A stretch of DNA of 64,000 nt from Lama glama. Taxonomy: Eukaryota. The notes beneath the pieces were generated by a model. It ran no database searches and was not told where the DNA came from. It worked only from the letters and a program-made list of their open reading frames with translations. Position numbers and translations under genes: made by a program. The stretch lies in contig CM052828.1 in assembly GCA_028534125.1 (NCBI GenBank), positions 60,574,001 through 60,638,000 on the forward strand, in the 5' to 3' direction. Positions within the stretch are counted from its first letter, which is position 1. Each line of letters opens with the position of its first letter. This document shows positions 25,855 through 38,423 of this stretch, piece by piece.

Positions 25855-26020
25855 CTCTCACTCCTTCACTTATTCATTCATTTATTCACTCAGTAGACAT
25901 TTGTGACCCGGGTCAGGAGCTGGAGTTCAGGGGCGAGCGAGCCCATCCTTGCCTCGGAGAAGCTCATAGCCCGACAGCGAAGAGAGACCAGCAAACCGCA
26001 GGTCACAGAGCAAGGCAGGC
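25855..26020 (-). mobile_element. L2 3'-end fragment
   Basis: (ttca)n-like tail tcacttattcattcatttattcactcagtagacattt followed by cttgcctcggagaagctcatagcc. Confidence 0.6.
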
Positions 26021-29000
26021 GTGCTGTTTCTGAAGGGCTCCCCCCTTGCAGGCTCCCGGCCGCAGACAAGGCCCCTGTCCCCCGGCATCAGCTGAGGCCT
26101 GAACCCCGCCCTCTGCTGGTCCTGGAGCCCCTTGGGCCGCACCAGCTGGCGGCAGGCTGCTGGCTGTCTTTGTCTAGGCTGGTTTTGCACACCACCCTTA
26201 AAGAAAGGTTCTGGAGCAGAGTGTGCAAATTTGGGTCAAAGAGGAATGGAGAAGTTGCCAGGCTTGAGGTCCAGCGCCTCCCCGGGGGTGCGGGCTGCGC
26301 GGGCCTGAGCCTCAGCGCCCAGCCCACCTGATCCACGACCTGAGCCCTCGGGTCTCTGGCGAGAGCCTCACGTCTTGGAGCACTTCTGCTGGAAGGCCCC
26401 GCCAGCTTCGGCTGTGCCCCCATTCCCTGCCCGTGATTTCCGGGGCTGCTCTGCCCTCACACCCCACAAAAAGCCAGCGCGCCAGACCCTCACTTACTCC
26501 CCTCTCCAGCTCTGGCAGCCGCCCCTTCCTCACAGCCCAGGGCTCACGTGCTGAGAAGCCTTTTCTTAGCCGTGACGCTATCACGTGGTCATAAACCAAG
26601 CCCTCGGCGTGAACAGCCCGCGCGTCCTCATGCCCGCACAACTGCTGGCTTGTTGTCAGTCCTGCCAAAACGAACAAGGTTCTGAAACCTTCCAGAGTGA
26701 CCTGCAAGGCAGTGTTCCCAGTGCCCCCCGAACGCTGTGTTCTCCTGTCCCCTGGCCCAGCGCCGTGTCCACACGTGGGGACAGGAGGCGGAGGCTGGCC
26801 CTGCCGTCCCAAGAGCAGTGCCTGAAACTTAAGGTTCCTTCCACCAGTCAGAGGGGAACTGCCTGATCCCGCGGACTCAGTCCTCCTAGAAGAGAGACCC
26901 GCCCGGCCTCCCCTCCCCGTCCTGGGTCTCCGGGCGGTGCGAGGTGGCTGCGACTCGCCAGCGCGTTCCAGGGCCGGCTTTCCACTACTAGTGTCTATTT
27001 TTAAAATTTCATTTCTTGGATTCCCAGAGATCAGGTAAACGGAATGAAGGCTCCCAAACTCAGTCATGGCAACGCCTTAGGAAATGAGGAAGACACTTGG
27101 CTGCTCTGAAAAGTCAAGGCAGTTTCCAACCATCCTCACTTGGTTTTAGGACCCTGCACAGCAGCTCCCGCTAGTTCCGAAGCATCCCATCTGCGGTGGC
27201 TTCGCTTCATGAGACGTGTGCGCAGCCTCCTGTGCCTTCGCGGCTGGAAACACGATCGTCCACCCACCGCCTCACCCGCCTTCAGGACCCAGCCTTCCTG
27301 CCAAGCTGCTAGAATATTCATTCCTGCAGCGGAAATGGTAAGAGGTCGGTGACTTTGCACCTTTGAAAGATGGGTTTCCATGGTAACAAAAACACGGACA
27401 ATCCTCAGTTAAAGACAAAAGAAAACAAGGCTGAAGTCTAGGCACTGCTCACACTTGGCTGGAAGGCTCCCCTTCCACAACCAAACCACGTTTCCAGGAG
27501 CTCAGCAGCCCGTGTCCTGAACGGCAGCCGGACCCGGAGCTGAGAGCCTGCAGGTCTGCTTTGCGGAAACTCTGGCAATTAGCATTTCGGCTCCATGCCT
27601 TCTTCCTTCCAGTGTCTGGCAGGTGACTTTGAAATCTCGTGAAAAGGCAGGCATCACTGGCTGGCGGTAGTCGGAGGGAACAGTCGGGGGCCAGGCCCGC
27701 AGACCCAGAGGGCACCCTGCGCTCCGCACAGCCAGGCCCGCTGGAGGAGACGCAGGGTCCGGAGCGCCCGTCCTCTGGGTGGCTTTGTGCGTGCTAGCTG
27801 ACTGCGGCGCGAAGGCCAGATGAAGCTTTGCAGACCCCCGTCTCCGACCGAGGACAGAGACGGTGATCTATTTGCAGGAGTTACATTTTCTTTCAGGCAC
27901 TTTACAGAGACACCCCAACCCCCCTTGGCTGCTGACTGTAAAGTAAGAAAACTATTACCCAGCTGGGGGAACAATGGGCCCCCACAGCGCTTTTCTGCTC
28001 AGCCCGCAGCTGCAGGGAAAGTGGAAACTCAGCAGCGGGGTAACATTCTTTCCTCCCAGCCTGTTTCTATGGGCAAGGAGCCCTCCCACTGATCCAATGT
28101 ATTTTCTATGCAAAACTGCAGAAGAAGTGACATTTTAAAAGTTTTGACCTTTGTTTTTTTTTTTTCTTTGCATGAACTAAGGCATACATTTTTTAAACCT
28201 TCTGACAGGGTGTCTGTTAGAAACTGCAGTAGCCATTACCGTAATAATAAAATGTTTCAAAATTTGAAAATTCTATATTGAACGTAATGCACAGATAACC
28301 TTTGTCTGGAGAGCGATAGTGCTGTGGGGCTCGGAACCACTTCTTATTGTTTCGGGAAAACAGACTATGACAGATTTCAGGCATATTTAGGAAACAGGAG
28401 CGTGGGCACGTGATGTTTTCGTTTGCTAATGTAAGACTTTGGTGATTTTTTTTTCCCCAAAAAAAGGCTTTGGAAGAGCTTTGCATTTATACTGTAAGGT
28501 TTTTCCACTTAATACTAACAGTTATGTTATTTTTTTCCGGAAAAAACATTCTTTGCATAACGAAAAATATTATTTAAAAAATTTAGTTTGCCTAGCAATA
28601 TATTTAGGATTTTTTTTTGGAGAAAAGTTTAAATCTTATTTGAATCTAAAAACTTCTCTATTAAAAAAAAAAAGAGGAGGAAAACAAAATCACCAAGGGA
28701 CCAAATGCCAAGGAGAACTTTCTTTAAAAAACCTCCCAATTAGCAAGGGTCGTGAATGAGAGGGACTGAAAGCTCAAATCCAAAAATATAAAGAAAGAAA
28801 ATTAGAGCAAATGAGATGTTGAATGATTTGCAACAAAGGATGGGTGAGGGGGAGGTGGACAAGGAAAGACCATGTTCTCAAGTGAAAGGATCATGTTGCT
28901 CTGCATCCCGGACCAGACCTCAGGGACCAGGTGGGGGAACCCTGGCTCCCTAATTTGTCCTCGGATCAACTGCAGCCCATTGTACCTTTTATTTCCGAGG

Positions 29001-29431
29001 CTGGAAGTTTTTCAGGGATAAATGGGGGTTTGGAAATAAGTGTGCTGCCCCTCCTTGGCGACTCGGAAGCTGACACGCTCAACGTGACCGTCTGCTCCAG
29101 TAAGGGACCATTCTGAACGCAGATGAGGGTCCAGGAAGCTGGCACTGAGTTTGCACCCACTTCCCCCTTTACTTTCCGCTCTGAGCTTCTCAGTCTCCCC
29201 TACCTTGAAAATGGGGGCAGGAGGATCCTGACATCAGATCCCTGCTAACTGGTGAGTCACTGTGAATTGCTAACTTCGTTTCTACCATGAGCTTTTAGAC
29301 AAGATTGCTTTCTCTCAATCGCAAAGTGGTTGAAATCCTGCAGATAATGAGGGTGTGATTTAATTCTAAAGATTTGGGTGTTTCTATGGCACTCAAGTCA
29401 TTTGTTAAAACTCACTCAGTTAAAAAAAAAA

Positions 29432-29722
29432 TCATAGAAAACAAACTATGGTTACCAAAGAGGAAAGGGCAGGGAGTTTTGGGATTAAATTAGGAGTTTG
29501 GGATTAACAGACACACACTACTATATATAAAACAGGTAAACAACAAGGACCTACTGTACAGCACAGGGAAGTATATTCAATTTCCTGTAATGACATATGA
29601 TGCAATAGAGTCTGAAAAGAAAAACATGCATGTATGTGTATGTGTCATAATCGCTTTGCTGTCCGCCTGTAACTAACACTGTAGCTCAACTGCACTTCAG
29701 TAAACAATAAAATTTTAAAAAA
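29432..29722 (+). mobile_element. 5'-truncated L1 3' UTR (artiodactyl-type)
   Basis: catagaaaacaaactatggttaccaaag...aggagtttgggattaacaga...aacaacaaggacctactgtacagcacaggga...aactgcacttcagtaaacaataaa plus A-rich tail. Confidence 0.92.
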
Positions 29723-29859
29723 TCAGTCAAGCTGGGGCAATACGAGCTTATAAAATTTCTGCACGGTAGATGAGCAAAATCTTTTTGTGATATTATAGAG
29801 GGAAGCATGTCAGAATTCTGCCGACATTTTCTTAGCCCGTTGTTACTATTTAGATGTTC

Positions 29860-29992
29860 AAATCACGGACTTTTAGAGCTAGAAGCGCTAAGCTCGCCTA
29901 GTTCAGATCCTCTGTCACTCACAGCTGTAGAAACCGAGGCTCAGAGGGCTTAAGTGACTTACTCAAAGTCACGGAGCAGAAGTAGAACTGAG
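29860..29992 (-). mobile_element. MIR SINE core
   Basis: gaaaccgaggctcagagggcttaagtgacttactcaaagtcac is the reverse MIR core. Confidence 0.85.
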
Positions 29993-30030
29993 AGACCATC
30001 TCCTGTGTCCCTCCCCCAGCCCTCTGGGAG

Positions 30031-30130
30031 TTCCCCTCCCCCTCTTCCTCGCCCTCCCCACCTTCCTTTCCTCCCCCTTCCTCCTCCCCTTCCTCTCCCT
30101 CCCCTCCTCCCATCCCTTCCCCTCCCCCCT
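30031..30130. repeat. Polypyrimidine low-complexity tract
   Basis: 100 nt of C/T with 3 purines. Confidence 0.9.
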
Positions 30131-31726
30131 ATTTATTACCACTTTGATAAAACTTAAACCACAGCTACTGACTTAAGGTTGAGCTGGACGAGTGATTCTT
30201 TCCTTACTCCCATTACCTGAGCCCTTGCCATCCTGGCCCATCTGTCTTGGCGACATCTTTACCATACACCTTTCCTTTCAAGAGTGCATCCGCAGAGTAA
30301 CACCTGTTAGAAAAGATCTGTCTGCAAGGCAGGGCGGGAGACGCCGCCAAGGCTGTGGAGATGGTTCAGCGGGCGCTCCTCGCCGGCTTTTCAAAGGCTG
30401 GCTGGAGCAGCCCCGCTTGGATCGCAGTGACAGGACTGGCACGTAGGTCCCTCTCGGGAGCCTGTCCTCGCTGCTTCTGGTGGTCGCACTATAAAGGCAA
30501 ATGTGAAACATGCAATTTCTTGAATTGCACAGTCTGTCCTGTCAACGCGAGGCTGGAAGAGGACACACATGGTGAGGGTGAGCCCAGTTCGCCCCTCCCG
30601 CAGGTGCACAAGGGACTCCTGGCTGTGCCAGCTCGGCGACAAGGGCCTTGGGCCACGAGGCCAGACCTCACCCCTGCCGCAGAGGCCGTGGGATGGCCGA
30701 GGGACTCCCTGCAGCCTGCAGAGAGCAGCGCCAAGTCCTGGCCGGTCCAGAAGGGGAGGGAGGAGCCAAGCAGAGAGAGGCACAGCTCGGGCAGGGACAT
30801 GTCATACGGGACCAGGACGCAAGCTCCGCAGAGTCGAGATGCTGCCCGGGCCCACGTCTCTGCTCGGCAGCCGGGCTGACTGGTCACTGGGCAGAGAAGG
30901 GCTCAGCCAACGACCCTCAGAGGGGCCTCGGCGGCCCTGTGGGGACTCTCAGCGGGGCGACCTTTACACCCACGCAGGGAGATGCTCCCTGCGAGTGCAA
31001 CAAAACCCCCAGCATGCCCAGAGGGGAGAAGGCTGCCCTTGGGAGATGCGGGGACAGTCAGGGAGTGTGTGATTGGTTTGCGCCAAGGAAACAGACACTG
31101 AGTGTTTCCTTAAGGAATTACTTTCAACGCTGTATCTGATTTGTGAATGAGTGGGACTCTGAGCGCACTGGGGCAAAGAAAAGAGGTTCTGTCTTGGAAG
31201 AGGCACTTATCTTTTAAAACAAGTGTCATTTTGTTTAACTCCTGCTTTGCTAGATTTGCTCTGGGCGGGCCTTCCTGCGCCCGTCGGTAAGTGTAGACCC
31301 GGCCGCCAGCACCACCCTGGGCGCCGTTTTTAACCGAAGGAAAGCAGAAGCCGTGTCTTCAGAATGTGGTGAGGAGTCTTTAGAAAGCCGGGCAGGAGAC
31401 AGGAGGAGCCAAGGCAAGTCCCCCACCAGGGTCCCTGGCACCCAGCTCCCCAGAAGTGCCCTCTGGGGTGTCTCTGGTCCTGAGGGGGTGGGGGTTCTGC
31501 CTCCTACAACTTCCGGGTTTCTGAATGCGAGCCAAGGATTCCAACATCAAAGCACAAGCAACCAAAACCCACTCGGGGGCGGGGGGCACGTGCCCTCTTC
31601 TCTTCCCCTCCCTGGAAGGACCTCCCCCAGATTTCAGGAAGGGCTAAGAGGGGGAATGAAGAAATGGCAAGTGACCAGTGATGCAGACTGCATTAAAAGT
31701 CTGGCTTTTCTTTTCTGTGTTTTTTA

Positions 31727-31835
31727 ACTAAGCCCCAGTTTTACTATCTGTAAAATGGGCACAAGAGTGTCATCACCCCAGCCAGGGACTGTCTCGAATA
31801 AAGCCTACCTACCACGGAGCGTGGTCTGATGAATG
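31727..31835 (+). mobile_element. MIR fragment
   Basis: gccccagttttactatctgtaaaatggg. Confidence 0.65.
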
Positions 31836-33149
31836 ATGGTTTTTATTATGAAAAATGTCCACACAGGAAACAAGTTGACTGCAATAGCTCCTTGAGACAA
31901 GGACTCCTTATGGATAAAATGAAGAACAAATACATTTTTGCAGTGGAACAGCTTCTGAGAAGGGAGCACCGTCCCCTATCACCTGCTCCCTCCTGCTCTG
32001 GCCAGAGCACCGTATTTATGGGACGAGCTTAGGTACCAGTGTTTCCGGGAGCTTCCTGGGGGAAAGCCAGCAGGCAAGGCAGGTTTCGGGGCCAAGGCAG
32101 CAAATGATATCAGAAGCTGAGGGTCTTTCGCTCTTGAAATGAAACATCTTCACAAGTGCCCTGTTACCTCCTGGGCTGGCTGCAAACGCATTTTCAGGAT
32201 GTAAAGGCCAGTGGGCGTGAGGGAAGCCAGTTACAGTCATTGGCCACAAACACAGACATGGGGGGGACTTCAGTGCAAACTGTAGCCAGCAGTTCAGCTG
32301 GTGGGGGCGTCATGGTTGGAGTGAGGGTGAAAAGCCTCAGGTGTGAAGACTGCCTGTTGATCAGATTTTGTGTGTCGCTAGCTCCCTGGGCAGACACAGG
32401 TCTCACGAGTCAGGAGTCCAGGCACGGACGTGGGTTTGACATCCGCTGACAATGCAGACGTCGCTGCGGGATGAGGCGTCCCCTCCCCAGGTTGGTCTCT
32501 CAGCCTCAGTCTCTGTCTCTCTCTCCTTTAGTCTTTCTCAAGGTCGGGCTATTTGTTGAGGCCTAAATCAGCTTTTCCTCCTAGAGACAGATTCACTTCC
32601 TCTAAAGCGTCTGCTCCAGTGGTGAGTCCTGCCTTGGGGCAATAAATACAACCAGCCGAGGTCATCGAGGGCCCACGGTGTCACCTCCCTTGTCTTCCCA
32701 GCAACGCCGTGTGGCCGGCACAGTTGGTGCCCCCACTTTGTAAATGGAAATGAAGGTATGTGTCCTCTTTGAAACCCCGCCCCCCATCACAAGCCACACA
32801 AGTGCCTCCACAGGAACCCGTGGCCGCTCACCAGGGGAGGAGCCCCTTCGCATCGCCGGGGGAAGGCGGAGCTGCCTGTGTGATGATCCGAGGTTTGTCC
32901 TCTAAGGAAGAGTGTTGACCTCCATCTGAATCTCGGGGCTTCCTCTGTTGTTAACGCAGGTCTCCTTCTTTCTTCTGCTCTCCCACGTGAAACAGAACGC
33001 TAGGAAGCCCACGCAGAGCCCCCGCGGAGCGGCTGAGTGCCCCTGCGTGGGGGGGTGACCTCTGCCAGTACAGAGCACGAGCTCAGGGTCCGTCTGCTCA
33101 TTCACACGTCCCGTATTCTCTCCTGCTGAATTTGCTCACGATAATAATT

Positions 33150-33480
33150 TGTTGATTGACTCAACAAGGATTTACTGAGTGTCTGACAGAAGATTCAGAG
33201 ATTTTGCTAGGTTCTCGGCGTCCAGCTCTGCATAAGACAGAGCTTCTGTCCGACTCATGTTTCTTACTCGTTTGTGTATGTCTCCGTGAGCACCCAGCCC
33301 GGGGTGCTCTGTCCTTGACTTGTGACAGTCAAGGTGACCCTGGCGGGGGAGAGCCAGGAAGTCTCTCCGGAGAAGGAGCATCTGAGCTGAGGCTGGAAGG
33401 ATGCTGGGAATCTGAGGAGGCGAGGAGCAAGCCGGAAGGGCAGACCCGCCAGGTCGAAGGCGCCGGGAGGCCTGGGCGGG
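33150..33480 (-). mobile_element. L2 fragment
   Basis: ttgattgactcaacaaggatttactgagtgtct...ttgctaggttct and aggaagtctctccggagaaggagcatctgagctgaggctggaaggatg. Confidence 0.7.
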
Positions 33481-33877
33481 AAGGCTCGGGAAGGACAGAG
33501 TGCGGGATGCTGGCTGCAGGGCGGGGCCAGAGTTGTTCCAGGTACAAGCGCACGCAGGGGCCGCGGCCAGTTCCCAGAAAGGAGGGCGATGGGCAGGCCA
33601 GGCTCTGGGTGGCAGCTTAGCCCCGGTGCGTGCAGGGCGGTGAGGTGGGGAGACAGAGCAGGGAGGCCCTGGAGGGACCGGGTGAAAACCGGCTTGTGGG
33701 GCTGGGATTGGAGAGGAGGCTTCCTGCCGAGCTACCAGGAGAAGCTTCACTGAAGAATTCAGGGTCAACAGAAGGGGCATGTTTCTGCAGGAAAAAGATG
33801 AGTGAATAATAATTCTATTTCTGCCCAAAATACAATGAAAACATTTACTGTCTTGTTCTGTTTGCTGAGCCCGAGAC

Positions 33878-34295
33878 TGAATTAGCCTCCTGGGGCCGCC
33901 GTGACAAAGCATCGCAGATGGGGGGCTTCAGCCACAGGGCCCCGCTCTCTCACAGCCTCGGGGGCAGACGTCGGGGGAGGCCGTGAGGGTGGGCCCGTCC
34001 CAGGCGCCCCCAGCGTCTGCCGCCTCCTGGTAGCCCTTGCTGGTCGGTGGCTTGCGGACACGTCGCCCCACCTCTGCCGTCACCTTCACACGGCGCTCCC
34101 CTGCGTGTGTCTCTGCATCCAGCTGTCTTCTTTTCATACGGACATTGGCCATATTGGGTCAGGGGCCCACCTGTCCAGCGTGACCCCACCTTAACCACCT
34201 GCATCTGCCCAACCTCATTTCCAGAGAAGGTCACAACACAGGCAGTGAGAGCGCCAGTGCATCTTGCTGGGAGAACACAAGTCAACACACATCAC
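33878..34295 (-). mobile_element. MaLR solo LTR (MLT1B/C-like)
   Basis: attagcctcctggggccgccgtgacaaag...ctctctcacagc...ggacattggccatattggg...tgcatctgc...atttccagagaaggtcaca...acacaagtcaac; near full length. Confidence 0.9.
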
Positions 34296-34849
34296 TGTCC
34301 TTCAGGAGCTAAACGTTTCTGTTATTTAAGAGCAAGTCCAAGTCTAGTTCCCCAACAGCCATGGCCTCAAAGGGGACGCAGTTTGCAATCCTGCTCGACT
34401 AGCAGTCAGGGGAGCCATCGAGCCGGTGGTCCTCAGGCTGATAAAAGGCTCCATGAGAAAATGCTTATTTCCTCAGCCAGCCTGAATCAGCCAATGTCCT
34501 GGACGTCGCTGGACATCTGGAGCTAGAGCTGCAGGTTGGACGGCTTCCCGGACGGACGGACAATGGGGAGACCACACAGACAGACAGCCTGGCCTCCTCA
34601 CCCGGGATGGACGGCCAAAGAGGCCGCTCACCCAGCAACAGCACTGAAGGGTGCGGGGATGGGGCCGAGGGCGGGGGGGTCCCAGGGGGAGCCCCGCAGA
34701 CCTGTGACAAGGACACGCGAGCGCTCCAGGCAGGCTGACTTAGTCACACAAGGACCCGGAGCGCTGCCCTAGGCTGTCCTGCCTGGCTTTATTTTTGCTG
34801 CCTCTCCGCAGAGTCCGTCCAAGGTCAGTGGTGGCCGAGGTATTTCAGC

Positions 34850-35670
34850 CTGAGAGGGTGACGGCGAGCACCGTGTCCTTGCGCAGCCGTGCAGGGGTGG
34901 CCGCGGGGATGGGGTTCTGGGACACCGGGCGGGCAGGAACCCAGCCGTCCATGCTGCACGGAGGCGAACCAGCCGTCAGCCGGCCGCCCAGGTCGGCCTG
35001 CCCTCCTCCGCCCGAGCGGCGTCCTCATCACATTAGGATGACACGGCCAGCAAAGGGCGGCCGCGGCGGACCCTTTTGGGAGCGCACCACCCCCGGAGTC
35101 TCGGCGAAGCGCGGTGTGAAGCAAGCAATTAACCGAGAAAAAAATATCCAGGAGCTCCCGGGAACATCGTTAACACCCGGAAAGCAAGCAGGATAATTAC
35201 ACAGAATGAGTCCAGCCAACCAGAGGGAAAGAGGCTGCGAACGGACAGGAGCAGCTGACTCTCGATCGGACGTTTCGAGGAACACATCTTCTTTCAGATG
35301 GAAATACAGTTCGGTCTTCGGGGGGAGGCCCATCTCGCGTTGCTGGGGCTTCACACGAGCGGGGAGAGGCTCCGCACGGGGAGCAAGGCGCACTGAGGCT
35401 TGCGCTGTGGATGTGGGCACGGAGGAGAGGTTTCGTTGACTGCCCTCTGTGGTTCCTGTAGGTGGGGGCCGTGTTCCCACAAACTCGGCGGCCAAGCCGG
35501 GCAGTGGCGGGCGTGAGCGCCGGCTCCCTCGGCTCTGTTTCGCTTTGGTTTGGGACCCCCGAGCAACTCCACAACCCCCAAATCTTGAGCAAAGCACTGC
35601 TGCATGTAGACCCACGATACGTGCCGCCCTCCCCTCCAGGCCCTTCAGGCCGGTCGGAGCGGCAAACAGG
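34850..35670. promoter_or_regulatory. CpG-island-like patch
   Basis: Dense CpG including GCGGCCGC at 35057-35064, with a short AT-rich core (caattaac, gataattac) at 35118-35205. Confidence 0.45.
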
Positions 35671-36526
35671 TACCCAGAGAAACACGTCACGGGGCTTCCT
35701 GCAGGAGAAGGTGCTGACATGGGCGCTGAAGAGCTGGTGAGACCAGCATACAAAGGACAGTTTGTTCAGGAAAATCTCTCTGTGTCTCTGGATTTCAGTG
35801 TCTTAACTTGCAGAGGGGAACAGTGGGTTCCAGCACCCCCGTCTCCGGTGCCGTGGGAACCGACAGAATGCCTCGCGTTCTGAAGTGCGGCGCTGATGCC
35901 ATGCGTTACGTGCGTGGTCAGCTCCTCTGTGACCAGCTCTTGGCTCCTCTGGCCCCGGTGAAGTGGCCGTCCTCCCAGGGTTTCTGTCTGGCACATCCCG
36001 GGGCTGGGACAAGGAGGAGCCCACAGCCAGCTCTAGGAATGACTAGCTGAGTTCAGGCCAGGGAGTGTCAGCTCGCCCCTCTGTGCCACTTCCATCCCAC
36101 AGAGCCGGGAGCGGCCGCTGCTGCTCCCCAGGCGCGTGGCGGGGCTGGAGGGCAGGGCGCAGAAGGGGCGTGGGAGAGAGAAGTCCTGACCTTGAGAAGC
36201 TCTCGTGGCCTCCTCACATGTAGATGTGGTTCTGCACTTGATGGGAAGTCTTTGAAGAGATGCTCTAACCCAACCTGTGAGGTTCAGGAGGCGGAGGCAG
36301 AGGGTGCTGGGGCAAGGTCCCTTCCCAACCTGTAAACACCTTACAGAAGAACCAGCGGAACCACGAGCTGAAATGGAGAAATCCAGTGTGGGGGCCGGAA
36401 TGTTTGTAAGTTTAGACAAAACCGTGCTCCCGGGTAGGGCGGAGAGAAAGCCAGAGAGACCAGTCTAGATCGGAGGCCACTTTCTGAGTCTGCTCAGAAG
36501 CCTTGATCCAGTTGTAAAGGAGCGGC

Positions 36527-36975
36527 TGGCTGCTGTCGAATACTCAGTGGTTAGAGAGACAGAGACAACAAGGGGAGGGGGGGAAAAGGCAGGAAATGCA
36601 TCCTCTCGCTGCTCCCCGAAGCCCAAAGCCTGAGATCCAGGTGTGGGTGGGGCCCGGCTCCCTCCAGAGCCTGGGGGGGGGGGTCCCTCCCAGCCCCTCC
36701 CCGCCCCTCCCCGCCCCTCCCCTGCCACCGCCGGTGGTTCTGAGGGTCCTTTGGCCTGTGGCCATGTCACTTCCATCTCTGCTGTCATCCGGTGGCCTCT
36801 CCTGTGTCAGGTCTGCCTATGCCTCTCTCCTTTGGATCTGAGGCCCTTCAATGACCCAGGGCGAGCTCATCTCAAGATCTTCAATTCAACTCCACCTGCA
36901 AAGACCCTTTTCGCAAGTAAGTTCCCATCGACAGGTTCCAGGGATCAGGACACTGAATATCTTTTGGGACGACCC
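36527..36975 (-). mobile_element. MaLR solo LTR (MLT1D/E-like)
   Basis: agcctgagatccaggtgt...ggctccctcc...tggcctgtggccatgtcacttccatctctgc...ctcatctcaagatcttcaatt...ctgcaaagaccctttt...acaggttccagggatcaggac...atatcttttggg. Confidence 0.88.
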
Positions 36976-37429
36976 AGAGCCCTGGGCTCCTGCGCAGCCA
37001 GCCTCCAGGGCAGGACTTGGTCGCTAGACACGCAGCAGCTGCCTTGCTCGTCTAGCCCCCGTCGACCCCGAGTTGCAGGTGGAGGCGAGCACGGCTGGGG
37101 CACACCCGCAACTTCTCTGCAGGTCTGGTAGGAGGTGCAGGGAAGGCTGGCAGGACAGGAGTTTCCCAGATGAAATGGAAGGGAGGCTGGCCACGGCCTC
37201 CTGGGAAGAAGTCTGGACACAGACGAAGAAACACCTGTGTGTGTGCACGTCCGCTGAAGCGGCATCTCTGTGCCCCTGGAGTGGCCCCCAAACCTGTGTC
37301 ACCGGTTACGGCCTACACCAATCTTGTTCTGTGACTTGAAGTATTCTTTTGGCTGAAGTGGGGAAGTGACCTGCAGCTGGAGGAAGATGTCATGTCTCCT
37401 CTCTTTCTCACTCACTCCTTGGCGCTCGG

Positions 37430-37800
37430 CTTGCCCGCCCGCTGACAGGCGGTTCCCACGTCGCGGTGGACGCACCTCCCCTGCGTGACGAGCAGGGGGG
37501 CTGGGGGCCGCGTGGCCCCGTCACTCTGGCCTGGGGCCGGAGCACAGCTCGGGGCCGCGGCCCCGCTTCCCTCGCCGCCCGGGGCCTGGCCTTCCGTCTC
37601 TCTCCCGCGGGGGCGCAGCCCGCTGGCACGGGCTCGGGGCGGTCGGGGTGGCTGCCCCTGGCGTGGGGTGCGCTGGAGGCTTTCTAAACCCCCTAGAGGT
37701 GCCCCCCCCGGCACTGCGCGCTGACTCAGGGCGCTGGCTCCCCCCCAGCGCTTTCAGGCGCCACGAAGAGGCAGGCAGGGTCTCTGCCTCCGCCCGCCTG
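37430..37800. promoter_or_regulatory. CpG-island-like patch
   Basis: Very GC-rich and CpG-dense, with GC-box-like ggggcgg. Confidence 0.45.
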
Positions 37801-38257
37801 GTGACAAGGCTGGGGTGGTGCTTCTCTGCCCTGCGGGGAGGATGAGGGGCCACTGCTGAGTCTCACGCACACGCCTGCGGGCAAGGAACGCGGAGGCTCT
37901 CCCAACGAACTAGAAGCCTCGGGAGAAATTATTCCGCCTCCGCGAAGAGTAACGTCGCTCAGAAGACAGAAAGACAGACAGACAGACAGCGAAAAGCAAA
38001 CAAGCCGACGGAAGTGCCCAGCGGCCCCGCAGCCACGGTCTTAGTCCCAGGTGAGGAGGCAGTGGTAGGAGGGCCCTCAGAAAGGTTGTGTGAGTCTCCT
38101 TCTGTGATGTTTCTTCCCAGATCTGATCTTGTCTCCCCAGCCTGAAACTTCCTTCCCAAGGAGCATGCCCACCAGGCCCCTCTTCCATTTCTACCTCCCA
38201 CAGCCTCAGCTCTCCTGTCTCCATCCTCCCCCCACTGGATGGAGACTGTCACACAGA

Positions 38258-38423
38258 CTCCTTTCCTCCCCTCCCTCCTCCCTCCCTCCTTCTCCTTCCC
38301 TCCTCCTCCCTCCATCCTCCCTCCTCCCTTCATCCCCCCCCTCCCCCTCCCTCTTTCCCCCTCCTTCCCCGTCCCTCCCCCTCCCTCCTCCTCCTCTGTC
38401 CTCCTCCCTCCCCTCTGCCCTCC
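38258..38423. repeat. Polypyrimidine (CCT/CCCT-rich) tract
   Basis: About 165 nt with about 5 purines; explains the proline-rich and glycine-rich ORFs here. Confidence 0.95.
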
